Shown: positions 24,645-37,216 of the stretch, piece by piece
Numbering within the stretch: position 1 is the stretch's first letter
Layout of the letters: every line of letters starts with the position of its first letter
From: Lingula anatina
Taxonomy: Eukaryota; Animalia; Brachiopoda
Length of the DNA: 64,000 nucleotides
Direction of reading: 5' to 3'
Assembly (NCBI GenBank): GCA_051362555.1
Contig: CM120647.1
Location: 930,001 to 994,000, forward strand
The notes under the pieces: model-generated
Told to the model about the DNA's origin: nothing
The model's database searches: none
Seen by the model: only the letters and a program-made list of their open reading frames with translations
Translations under genes and position numbers: made by a program

Positions 24645-26059
24645 TAAGGAGTAAGAAGCGACTGTATTGTGCGTTTGTGAATTATAAATCCGCTTTCGAT
24701 TCCACCGATAGGCCAAGTTTATGGAAGAAATTAAATAAACTCGGTGTTCAAGGCAAATTGCTCCGAATTGTAAAAAAGTGTCTTTACAGCAATACAAAGG
24801 CTTGTGATAAGTATAAAGGTCAGCTATCTGAATATTTCCAAATACACACCGGTCTATTACAAGGAGAGGTAATGTCTCCGCTACTTTACTCTTTGTATGT
24901 AAATGATTTTGAAACTTTTTGCTTATCGGAAAATTGTGACAGTATAGAAATACGGGACATAAAGCTTTTCTTACTTATGTATGCTGATGACACGGTACTT
25001 TTATCGGAAACTCCTCAGGGACTACAAAAACTTTTAGATACCCTGGAATTATACTCACAAAAGTTAACGGCAAATACAGCAAAAACAAAAACAATGATCT
25101 TTAGAAATGAGGGTAAGTTAAGGGCTGAAGAGACATGAAAATATAAAGGTGTTGTCTTAGAAAGGGTGAATCATTATAGTTACCTCGGTTTACTTTTTAA
25201 TTTTAATGGTAAGTTTTGTCAAACTCAAAAACATATAGCAGAACAGGGTAAAAAAAAACATTATTTGCTATTAGCAGCATGTTAAAAAACCATAACTTTA
25301 ATGTGTCCACCAGGTGTGCAGTATTTGAAACGTACGTTGGTAGTATTTTAAATTATTTCACATAAATATGGGGATTCAATAAGGCAAAGGATATAAGAAT
25401 GGTACATACCGATTTTTTGAAAAGAATGCTGGGTGTTAAAAGAAGCACTAGTAATAACTTACTATGAAACCGGGCGGTATCCACTTATTTTAGGTAGAAA
25501 ACTAAGAATTTTTAAATATTTGCTGAAATCGGCTCTTAAAAACCTGTATTATACAAATGTGCTATAAAGATATCCTTAACAATAATTTCGAGTGGATAAA
25601 TTGTATACGGAGTGACCTTGAATTAATGGGTCTGTCATTTACTTTTTATGAAAACATGTCGGATGTTTGTATACTGTCCTTGATACTGTAGAACAAAGAT
25701 TGAAGGATCATTTTAGACAAGTACTGACAGGAGAAATATTCACAGCGAGTAAAGGGCTTCTGTATCAACACCTTGTTGATAATTTCACAGTGCAATTTTA
25801 CTAGAATAAGCCAATTTCACAGAAAAATGAGTAATTTATCGCAAATTTTAGGCTTTCATCACATCATCTAGCTGTAGAGACTGGCAGGTACACAGACACC
25901 AATAAGAAATTAAGAATCTGTAAGTTATCAATTCAAACGATGTAGAGGATGAATTTCACTTTATCCTTAAATGCCCTCACTACAGCACGATTAGGCAGAA
26001 ATAAATTGGGAAATTTTATTATATAAAGCCAAGTGTCTTTAAATTGATTAAATTACTAT

Positions 26060-26283
26060 TTTTTTTAATTCACAAAAAGACAAACAAAAATACATATGCA
26101 TACACACACACACAACATTCACTATACATTAAGTAAAACATGAAATATATGTAGATAGCCAGACTAAGTACAATACAATATAATACAAGTGATGCTGCAC
26201 GTAACACAATACAAACATTTAACATAAAAGAAAGTAGCGAAAAAGTACCATGACACTGTAGAGTAAATTTGTAAGTGGAGAAA
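26060..26283 (-). mobile_element. Short retroposed insert with A-tail and 11-bp TSD inside the LINE
   Basis: TAAATTACTAT at 26049-59 and 26284-94; T run at the left end; absent from unit A2 (~41021-41031). Confidence 0.75.
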
Positions 26284-28371
26284 TAAATTACTATCACTTA
26301 ACAATGTATCACAATTAAACAACTTCGGAAAATACCTGAAATTTGCATCGGAACTAAGATTAATGTCAGTCCGGTGAATTATTATTATAATTATTATTAT
26401 TGTTTGTATCAGTAGTAGTTGTTGTAGTAATAGTAGTTGATTAGATATAACTTTATATTGTCACTGTTTTATATTCTGATGAGCCGTAGGGCTCAAAGGT
26501 TTAATAAATTGAAATTGAAATATTTTACACAGAGGAAATAAAAGCCTCTTGGGCAAACTTTCCTGAAGTGTTTTCTGTATTAATAATTAGTACCACCAGC
26601 GTATAAATATGCACTTAACAAGGGCGGATCTAGGATTTTTGAGGGGGGAGGAGTCCGGAACGACAGGCCTCGGATGCCAAGCCGACCATCGCCCCTTAGG
26701 CGTGGGGTTCGGGGCCTGCTCAAGGCTAGATTATGGTATTTTATTCCAGATAGCATGTCTAACATGATTAATGGTTTATAAAATACAAAAGTGTCGAAAA
26801 TATGTACTCTTTATACCATTTAATCAAATTTATATAAGGTATCAGGTACCCCCTCAAATACAATGTTTCACTGTGGTTTCTATAGATTTAAAGAAATGTC
26901 TATTAAATTAAAAAGACTCCATCAAATGACACCAAATTTACACACAATTAGCATTAGGGTGTGCTCGTTAAATGTCACGTGACTAATAGCGTGTGCGTCT
27001 ACCGCGTACTGCAATTACCTCCTGTAGACGGCGCGACAAGTCATCAACACGGGTAACAATTCTGTTTTGTGGGATATTGTCTCATTCTTCTCAAACAACG
27101 TGACGGCATTGGTCCAGATTATTTGGAAATCGGTTCTACTGTGCAATGCTCATTCCTATTAATGACACAGGTGCTCAGTAGAACTACAGATGAAAATAGG
27201 ATTGGTGAAAAATTTTGAAACATGGATTCGATTGGATTATATAAACTAGGTCAAACTAGTTTCGTCAGAGGTAACTTGACAGATGAAGATAGGCTATAGT
27301 GAAGAGGTTAGTGTCAAGTTATCTCTGAAGCTCAGGGTGAGATTTCCAGAATTAGATATATTAATGCCATTGACAGAAAAAGTAATACGGCACTAGGAAA
27401 TGTTTAAACGATTTATATTAATACAATTTTTAAAGGATCTCTTCCAAAGAGTGCTAAATATGGTTTTGATTGATGTGCCTGGTTGTCATTAGTTTAATCA
27501 TTTCAAAGAGATGAGGCTATGAAAATGTAATGTTTGCCATTGTGAACTACAAGGAAGTTTTACACACTGTTACTAGTGCATATCATCATCCAGTTCAATA
27601 TTGGATACACTCAATACACACAATGCATAGACAGACAGACAGATCGATATTTTATTTATTCTGAATTGTGAGCAGAAACACAAAAATTAAACACTTCCAC
27701 AATAACAGCAAGTCAAGCAGTCAAAATTGAATTGAAGAGATTAACACCCTTACATATACGTCTCCTCACACGCCGTCCCTGTACCGGTGAAATGAGACGA
27801 GATTTAATTACTGTGCCCATGCAGGAACGTTGCGTGGGGAGGCGTGCGAGAGGCGGAGAGACCATAACAGGATTAAGCGGTTTTCCCTTCATATAGGTCC
27901 GCCATATTTAGGTCGCGGCCTAGCTAGCACTCGGTTGTTCTCTATCTGAATGCAGCCAATTTGACTGCTCCTATGGGCTGATCAGCTCACAGCAATGATA
28001 GGAAAAAAGTTCCAGTCTCTAAGTTCAAATCATGACATAATGGCACGGAATATGAAGTTGGCAGAATCAAAATTAATTATAATTGTTGTAATTAGTTTAT
28101 AACACTCCTAATATTTGACATTCGCAAAAAGGGAACAGTGTTTTGTTTCTAAACGTATTTTCCGACAAGACCTAATGGACTTCAGCTAAGGAAATCTACT
28201 TGAAAACGCAATCATCACAAACAAGCCCCTCTCAGCGGTTGAAATGATCGCGTGTATTTTTGGGCATATAAAAGCACTTGTCAAAACAAAGATTTGCGTT
28301 TTTATTATTATCATTTTTTGTTGGCAAGCATATTATTTCATTCGAATGTAGGTGGAAAGAATGCCAAACTT

Positions 28372-29602
28372 ATATCAACAGTTTTTAACATACCCCACCT
28401 AGAATTTATAACATTATAAAAAGTTATACAGAGAATCAATTTCTGTCAATATAAAAACTGAAAAAAATGAGTGAGGAAGTCACCAAATGGTGCTATTCAG
28501 TCTCATTTTTTTCATTTTCATTCCAAGATTTCTGTCATCTTCCTATTACCAGTGGCTCTCATTAACTGGTTTGGGTTGTCTCTAAAACATAGAACAATGA
28601 ATTCAGTCCACAGCTTATGCTGTTTTCACTAACTGACATTTTAAAAATGGTAAACTGAATTCCCTTAATCCAGGTCGTCACAAATTGACAAACTCCAAGA
28701 AGCACCAATGGTCCATATTTTGATACACAGTTTCCTTTATCTGTCTTTGGCCTCATGTCCTCTGGAATGTCATGAATATTTTCAAACAACAGGGTAGACA
28801 TAGACAGTTAAAAGTAGCACAGACTAATTCCCTGATGGCTTCCCGCCTCCACTGAGGGGAGAAATTGACACAGAGGTGTTCACAACAAGTTGATCCCTGG
28901 ACAATCTGATCCACTGACTAAATATGGCTGACTCACTTAAAAAGTAATGCAGATTTATTCCCTGATGGCCTCCACACATACACACAGGCCGTTGCTGCAG
29001 GGGCCTTGCAAATAAATCTCAGAGCTAATATTAAATCCGTTAAATGGTGCGTGTGGAAGTGGGGAGACAAATCATCGGATTAAGCAGTTGGGTCAGCCAT
29101 ATTTAATCGTTGGATCAGTTAGTCCACGGACCAACTGTTCTTAATGTGCTCATACTGGGAAAAAAATGACCTTTCACATTCTAATCATTCATTTACAGAT
29201 GAATTTGTTTTGATAGATGTGTGTTTACTGGGATCAACATCAGGTAACTTTATTTGATTATAGGATATTTCTACAAAATGTGAACAAAGTAGTTTCTTAC
29301 CTTGATGATTTAACATGTTGGTCATTTCCAAAGGCAGAGTACCACATAAAATGCTCAATGGTGTAATTTTTTTCTGACCTTTCAATTCCAAAATATGTAT
29401 TCACAGGTGAAATTGTACATAAAAGATAGTAGGAAAGCCAATGTCAGGGTGTTCATTACTTGACTCTCATCTTCAACATTGTGTTAGCTGTGTACTTACT
29501 TGACTGTCCAACCTCTCATTTTCAACATTGTGTTAGCTGTGTACTTACTTGGCTGTCCCACCTCTCATCTTCAACATTGTGTTAGCTGTGTACTTACTTG
29601 GC
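28372..29602 (-). pseudogene. NSMCE2 3' remnant (downstream/UTR sequence, last intron, donor repeats); also at ~43151-44383
   Basis: 28372-28578 matches ~60301-60515; 28796-29060 matches ~61197-61460; 29465-29602 carries the 49-bp NSMCE2 donor repeat. No intact coding exon. Confidence 0.8.
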
Positions 29603-29630
29603 GCAGCTCGCTTTCTCGTTGACTTTTCTC

Positions 29631-30366
29631 TACATGGTGATATGTGAAGTGTTTAATTTACATCCATTGCTCCACAGTTAGTAGTTGATCTACATGGTGA
29701 TATGTGAAGTGTTAAGATTACACCCCATTGCTCCACAGTAAGTAGTAGATCTACATGGTGATATGTGAGGTGTTCAGATTACATCCCATTGCTCCACAGT
29801 AAGTAGTTGATCTACATGGTGATATGTGAAGTGTTCAGATTACACCCCATTGCTCCACAGTAAGTAGTTGATCTACATGGTGATATGTGAAGTGTTCAGA
29901 TTACATCCCATTGCTCCACAGTAAGTAGTTGATCTACATGGTGATATGTGAAGTGTTCAGATTACACCCCATTGCTCCACAGTAAGTAGTAGATCTACAT
30001 GGTGATATGTGAAGTGTTAAGATTACATCCCATTGATCCACAGTAAGTAGTTGATCTACATGTACATGGTGATATGTGAAGTGTTAAGATTACACCCCAT
30101 TGCTGCACAGTAAGTAGTTGATCTACATGGTGATATGTGAAGTGTTAAGATTACATCCCATTGCTCCACAGTAAGTAGTTGATCTACATGGTGATATGTG
30201 AAGTGTTAAGATTACACCCCATTGCTCCACAGTAAGTAGTTGATCTATATTGTGATATGTGAAGTGTTAAGATTACGTCCCATTGCTCCACAGTAAGTAC
30301 TAGATCTACATGGTGATATGTGAAGTGTTAAGATTACATCCCATTGCTCCACAGTAAGTGGTTGAC
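29631..30366 (+). repeat. 61-bp CYP exon 11/donor minisatellite, 12 copies
   Basis: Unit starts at 29631, 29691, 29752, 29813, 29874, 29935, 29996, 30063, 30124, 30185, 30246, 30307. Confidence 0.97.
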
Positions 30367-30674
30367 CCACATTTCTCCATATGATGTAGGTTTCGGTTGT
30401 ATCCCATGTATCACCGCTGCCACCATGTTGAATGATAATATTAAATGCATTAAAATAGCTGAGCTTTACGTCACTCCTTAATTGTCACTGGCCAGACTAC
30501 GCCGGCTTACGTTAAAATGATTAGATTCTATAGTGGAGGCGAGGAGACCATCAGAGGATTATAAGCGGCTACCTTTAAAGTGAGTCGGCCATATTTGATC
30601 CGCGGATCTGTGAGACCGCAGGACAACTTGTTCCGAATGCGGTAGCTGTAACTGTGGAATATTTTCCTCTCTAG

Positions 30675-30887
30675 GATCATTGCCCGTCAGTGCGTGGAGT
30701 CCTGCACCGTGAACAGCCTCCATCTTGAGAAAGGTTTGGTGGTGGCGGCGGATGTGTGGTCGATACATTACGACCCAGAGTTGTGGGGGCCTGAAGACAC
30801 GACAGTACTGTACCCTGAGAGGTACTGTGTATTCTCTCTCACACTTCTCTCTCTCTCCGTCTTTCTCTCAGCCCGCCCCCCATCCCC

Positions 30888-30948
<61 letters not shown>

Positions 30949-31450
30949 GCGTCAAGTTGCATGTGGGCATAAGACGTAGCAGTATCAGATGGAAAGATGT
31001 GTGTTGTAAAGAAAAGCGTTTTAATAATCCCTAGCTCACTTGTTTATGTGAAAATGGTCCTTTTTCCTTATACTATTAATAAAACATTTATAGCCGCATC
31101 ACAATACGTTCCAATGCATACTAGTGCGTTTTAAAAGTATACTTTGCTTGATAATCATTGTTTCTTGGTGTCGCCTAAATGTTTTCTAATATATTTTATA
31201 ACTTAGGTTTAGCCCAGAGAGTAAGGCCCACAGGCACCCCATGGCGTGGCTGCCGTTCGGAGCCGGACCTCGTAACTGTATCGGGATGCGGTTTGCGCTG
31301 ATGGAGGCTAAGATCGCGTTGGCGGGTGTCCTTAAGAGGTTCTCCATCCAGGCGTGCCAGGAGACACAGATCCCACTGAAGAAAGTAGAGCGCGCAACAA
31401 TTGTGCCCGAGAGTGGAGTCATAGTGAAACTAATCCGCAGAGAAATGTAG
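30675..31450 (+). pseudogene. Duplicated CYP exons 12 and 13 (30675-30821, 31207-31450) without upstream exons
   Basis: Near-identical to 16970-17116 and 17551-17794; frame, splice sites, PERF and [10 protein letters not shown] intact; exons 1-10 absent. Confidence 0.85.
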
Positions 31451-31499
31451 TACTTTTTACAAGACTGCCTCGTACGAAAACACACCTATATTAGACTAT

Positions 31500-31751
31500 G
31501 ACCACATTCACAACGATTTGAGCCAGGCTTTACAAATCCTGAGACTAAATATGGCGGACGTACATGAAAGGAAAACCGCCTAATCTTTAAATAGTCTCTC
31601 CGCCTCTCACACGCCTCCCCACAAGTCGTCCCTGCGGGGTACAGTCATTAAATCTCGGCGGATTAGATTAGGCGGGTTTCCTTTCATGTACGTCCGCCAT
31701 ATTTAGTCTCAGGATTTGTAAAGCCTGGCTCAAATCGTTGTGAATGCGATC
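31500..31751. mobile_element. Palindromic MITE with 3-bp TAT duplication, specific to unit A2
   Basis: ~85-bp arms (cattcacaacgatttgagccaggctttacaaatcctgagactaaatatggcggacgtacatgaaagg and its reverse complement); empty site agactataatt at ~17837-17847. Confidence 0.88.
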
Positions 31752-32096
31752 TATAATTACCATATCGAGGTCTGAAGTAACTATGACGTCACTGACTTAC
31801 CGATTGGCACTATTGGGTAATATCTGAGACACTGCTTTGCTTAAAAAGAATTAGAAATCATAATAAGGACCCATTTATATTTTTGTAAAAACAAGGCATA
31901 ATACAGGTAGTCAAAAGGCAAAATTTGATTGATTTTTCTTAAGGATTATGTTAAATGCATATGTCTTATTATTTTGAATTTCAACTTAAGTGCAGTATAA
32001 CTTTGTGCAACTTAATTCAGAATATTATCTTCATAATGTAAAAAAATTATCTGTGACACACACTTTTACGGGTACCAAAACATACTTGTAATTGTG

Positions 32097-32187
<91 letters not shown>

Positions 32188-33000
32188 ATGATAAGTACAG
32201 TGTGGTGTTCTCGTGCTATGTGTTATAGAGTTCTGTCTAGCTTGATGATGATAAGAATACTAGTAGTTGCCATTCTAGTTACCTGCCATACTGTCTCTTT
32301 GCAAATTATTAATCTTGTTAAGTAAGTTATCTTAATTAGTATCACAGTATTATTATGTGCAGTAACAATGCAATATTTTCTGAATAAGTGGAAGACAGTT
32401 TTACTTTTTGACTTAATATTTACATGGGACTAAAATACAGCTTCAGTATTGAAAAATGCTCAATGTCTTGGAAATAGCAACCAATTTAATTTTGCTTCTC
32501 TCGACCTAAAGAATGCATTTCAGCAAAAAAAAAAGTTTACAGGAAAAAACATTGCAGGGTTAGCGTTCTGGCTACTCGACTATAATTATATCGATCAGTG
32601 ATAAAGGTTCACATTCGTAATAATAATATAATGACAGGCCGTATATTTTTTTATGAAAACATTATTAATGCAAGAAATGGAAGAGGCAAGGTCGATTTTC
32701 ACGTACGACCGGCGCACACGGCGAGGTACGAGCTCAGCTTAGTGACTTGCCGCCTGACGTACATGTAAGCTACAGGTATATTGTGTATGTTGTGAATATT
32801 GAGCTCCAATGTATACCCAGTTCCTGTCTGCTTCTGGGAGGTAATCTCACCAAACATGGCAAAATGGGAAATTTTTTCGCGGTCCCGTTGCTTCAGCAGA
32901 CTACAGGCTGTGTGCGCGTGCCTGTGGAGTACAGTAAGGAGCAGCTACAGGCCAAGCACACTGGATCCCTGATAAAGCTAGGTGCCTTGGTGTACATTGA

Positions 33001-33176
33001 CAGGCCCGTAGCCAGGGGGGTTCGGGGGGGTTCGAAAACACCCCCCCCCCCTTTTTTTTTGCTGGGAAAAGGTCCTCTTTGGGTAAAGTTTTATCTAGGT
33101 ACGTGAAGGTTTCATGGTGAAAATTCCACTTTTTCAGAAAAAGAAGCTCACTTTTGAAATTGCTGTCTACGGGCCT
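33001..33176. mobile_element. Short MITE with CAGGCCCGTAG termini (hAT-like)
   Basis: caggcccgtagcc ... gtctacgggcct; superfamily is inferred. Confidence 0.6.
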
Positions 33177-34913
33177 TATTGGTGTTCTGTAGTCGTGATA
33201 GAAGTCTGAACCAGACTTGGTGTTTGCAGGAACTGTTATTGTAACATTAATAATTTATCCGGGAAATATTATTAAAATGTATTATAATGTATTCAGGGGT
33301 CCTTTATGCACTTATCGCAGCTGAGCTCTCCCTAGCATATTTTTACTCTTGCCAAATCGCTGGAATCAGAAAGTGAGTAGAAATGCAAAATTAGTATAAT
33401 TTCAAAAAATTGTTTTCATTTTCTTCAAAACAAAGTGCGTAAACTTAAAACTTGTGACGAAACAAATATTCTAGCGAAGGCTCAGCGCGGTAACCTTGAC
33501 CATAAAATGTGGCAGCTTTGTTTTGATTTTAAATATTTATATATTATGTTTTACAAAAATAAATAAAGAACCCGAATTATGAGGTGTCTGAGGGTATTAT
33601 TTAATTATTTAATTCAATTACGTATTTCTCCGCATGAAATCTGATTAGTTTATCGCCCGTTTATCACGTTATTTGAGTGGTACTTAATCGTACTATAATA
33701 GGCCGGCCTTGGCTTTCACTAAAGGATTACGCAAACAAATATGTAATGCTACATTTTGCAACTGCAACGTACTTTTTTTAAAACTATAGTTAAATATATA
33801 TATATTAAATACCAATAGTAGGATTTCTTGACGGGCAGTCCATCACAATATCTCCGCGACAACCTGATTGCGTTTTTATGCCTCTATCATTCAATGCATT
33901 CAAAGCAGCCAATAAATGTTGTTTGAAGAGGAATAATACATTTTACAATAAAAAACGAGCACATTTCGTGCCAAGGACGTCGGGGATTTGGGATACCGCG
34001 CGGTTCTGCTGAACCATTCTGCTGTCGTATGTGTTTTTCAATGAACTTATTGATGTAATGCTTTGTTCTCAGGTTAGTACGGAGTGTGCTGGTTGTTTTT
34101 TATTCTGTCTTGTTTCAATTTTTATTTTAAGTTGGAGTAAAATGAACTGGACATGGTGACCAGAAATCTACAGTCCGTAAGACTGGACAAGTGACCAAAT
34201 ATCTGTTGCAATACCATTGTATGAGACATGCACATTACAGTAATGGGTTATTTGATATGCCCTTTTTGGAGTCATTAGTACATGATTCTATCATAACAAT
34301 TTGAAACACCGTCATGATTTTTCGAAAAGGCATACAAATTAATGCCTCTGACAAACAAGGCAGCAAAACTGTCAAATGTACAGACAAAAAAAGAAAGAAA
34401 ATAATGATGCAAAAATATTGTCAATTTTGATTCAATAATAAATAATGCTTATAATAGCACAGTCAGTCAACACTGAATTTTAATCATGCACAACAGGTAA
34501 CATGGTTAATAACAGGAACGGATCCAGAGATATTTTCGGACAATGTTCCAAAGTATCTTTTTTGATCCATCCTCCATTTTTTATGGTCTTCAAACGGAAC
34601 AAAATAGATACCCGTCAATGTAAACCCAGAAGTCGGTCTCAATCCACCTCTTCAATAAGATTACAGTTTCAGGACCATGAGAGATCAAACTCACATAATG
34701 AAAGCCCCAACATTTGAAAAATGATGACAGTCCATAAAATAATATTACATTATGTTTAAAGACTAAGTTCCAATACAACTGCTTATGTGGAAATACAGAA
34801 ACTGTGCAGAGCTTCAGGTGGATGGGAGTTAAAAATAACATTGTAAAAATGCCAGTGTTTGAGAAAAAATTGAAAAGAAAACAACATATAATTCCAATAA
34901 AGCTGCTATTCAA

Positions 34914-34971
<58 letters not shown>

Positions 34972-37216
34972 AAAGTTTATTAGCAATATTAAACAACATT
35001 TACCTGCATAATTATCACTGCTTCCTTGTTATGGTCACTGTAATCTAGCAGAGGGCTTAACCTTTGGGAGTTAACATCGAAATATCAACAAGTTTTAAGT
35101 AATCTCATTTTATGGCCACTGCCTTAATAGGCAAATGCCTTAATAGCTCTGAACTTAGCCTAGTGATTGCCCAAGGGGAAATTACAGACTTATCACACAA
35201 ATGTGTCTAGCAAAGGTCTTCAGGCCCATAAGTCACACCTTAAGAAAAGCAGAAAACACAAAATAGGAGACTGCCAATTCTGATGCAATAATACATTATG
35301 CTTAACTGCACAGTCAACATCAAATTTTAATTATGCACAACAGGTAACACCGATGAAAGTAAAAGCATAAGGCTTCAGGCCCATCAGAGTTCAAGTTTAT
35401 ACTTAGAAAGTGCCAGAATGAGAAAAATGAAAATTTCACAAAAAATGTACAAATTCAATAACAATGATAATCATATAGAGCTGGTTTTCTAATTTGAGCT
35501 GTATTTCAATCCTAAGAACCATTCTTGTAAGTTAAAAAATAGTAAGTAACACAGTTTTCTTTCCATAACGTTAAAGGTGGCAGTGCACAAAGAATGTTTT
35601 TTGTAAACTTTGATGCAACATTACATAATGATTAACTGTATAAATACCACCAATTTTTAAATATCTACTATTAAAAACATGGACATTAAGACAATTTGAG
35701 TACAACTAGACCTTATGCCCAAGGGAGCTGTAAGTCCCACATTGAAAATTCCAATATGTGAAAGACAAAAATTTTCACAAAAAAATGTATAACTTCCAGA
35801 GAATTATCTAACGAGACAGATTTTCCAACTGAAGCCTTATTTCATTCCTATGTTTCTTTCCTGTAAGTGTGAGAAGAGTAAGTAACATGGTTTTCCCATC
35901 ACGGTCACTATGGAGGCAGTGCCCTGAATAGGGTTTTGTTCAATTTTGATGCAAAATTACACAATGCTTGACAGCATAATAACCATCAATTTTTTTAAAT
36001 AATAAAATGAAAGTATCATGGATATTCAGAAAATGTGACTAGCCCGTAGAGTTCAGAGTCACACCTTAAAAATCCCAAAATGTAAACAAGAGTAGCTGTA
36101 TTGAAAAGAGTTTATTTCCATTTTTATACCTTTTTACATGAAACAAAATAATCAATTTACTGTCATTTTTTTATACAGAAATGATCAATTAAAAATGTTG
36201 TCAAAGGAAAATCAAAAGAACAATTTTAAATGTCCAACTTGCTCCATTCTGAAATTCTTAACTAACAACCTTAACTAACAAACAAACTAATAAACTAACT
36301 TGTTAAGAAGCAGGAAATGTCAAAACAACACTTTTACATATCTAATTAGTTCTATAATGAGACTGTTAACATGCCTTAGAATTTAATCTACAGAAAAACC
36401 ACTAATAATACTAAAAAAGGCATAACTTCATCAAAACTTAACTGATCAATTTAATTTTCAAACTTGATCTGTACATACTAGTCAGACTGATCACTCCTGT
36501 GAGTTGCAAAACAAAAGGCTGATCGGTTTTCCTGAAAATGCATCATCAGTGTTGCAGATATGCAGAAAAAAACAGTATAACTTTTGTGAAAATGATCTGA
36601 TCATGCTGATTTTCGAACTTGACCTGCGTATTATGAATATTCATCAGTTCTGCAAGTTTCAAGGCAAAAGGTTAAATGGTTTTCACTTATCGTGTTATCG
36701 GTGTTGCATATATGCTGAAAAATGTGAGAAAAAAAGCATAACTTCCATAAAAATGGCCCGCTCATGCTTATTTTCGAACTTGACCTGCGTGTTATGAATA
36801 TTCATCAGTTCTGTAAGTTTCAAGCCAAAAGAAAAAACAGTTTTCCACTTATCGTGTTATCGGTAAAAGTGCACGGCGAAGGCGACAGCGACGACGGCGA
36901 CGACAGACGCGGGTGACGGCTTTATGTGTATGTACATAAAAAAACTGATACAGCAATTAGAAGAGAGAGAGAGAGAGATGTCGTTATGAATATTTAATGT
37001 TTAATATTGTCAGTTACACTCTTGTACTTGTGCAAATCTCCATCGAGTCGGAAAGAGATTTTATTTGCAGATAAAACAAGGTACACTGGATATTGGTGAT
37101 ATACTCGCACTACCGACAGTAAGCTGCGTTTAGTTTGTCATCTTTTCCTGAACAGCTAGTACTGTATTGGTGACTACCAACGGGAATAGAATAAATTCGA
37201 AGACGACATACTAACA

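Larger units (their letters stand above)
23464..26520 (+). mobile_element. 5'-truncated, degraded non-LTR retrotransposon (RTEX-like LINE), copy in unit A1
   Basis: RT motifs YRGITITSCLGKLF, QFGFK, LQGEVMSP, YADD; multiple stops and frameshifts; aataaattgaaattgaaa tail. Clade assignment is from recalled motifs only. Confidence 0.9.
16482..29635 (+). repeat. Segmental duplication unit A1 (CYP 3' exons, GPCR, LINE, NSMCE2 3' remnant)
   Basis: Colinear, highly similar match to 29636-44416 throughout; paired ORFs include 17585/31241, 19170/34502, 21877/37217, 28562/43341, 29185/43966. Confidence 0.95.

Noticed and set aside
29631-30366. CRISPR-like appearance of the regular 61-bp arrays (also 44412-45023 and the 71-bp array)
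   Set aside because: Whole units repeat with no unique spacers, they derive from a CYP exon/intron boundary, there are no cas genes and the DNA is eukaryotic.
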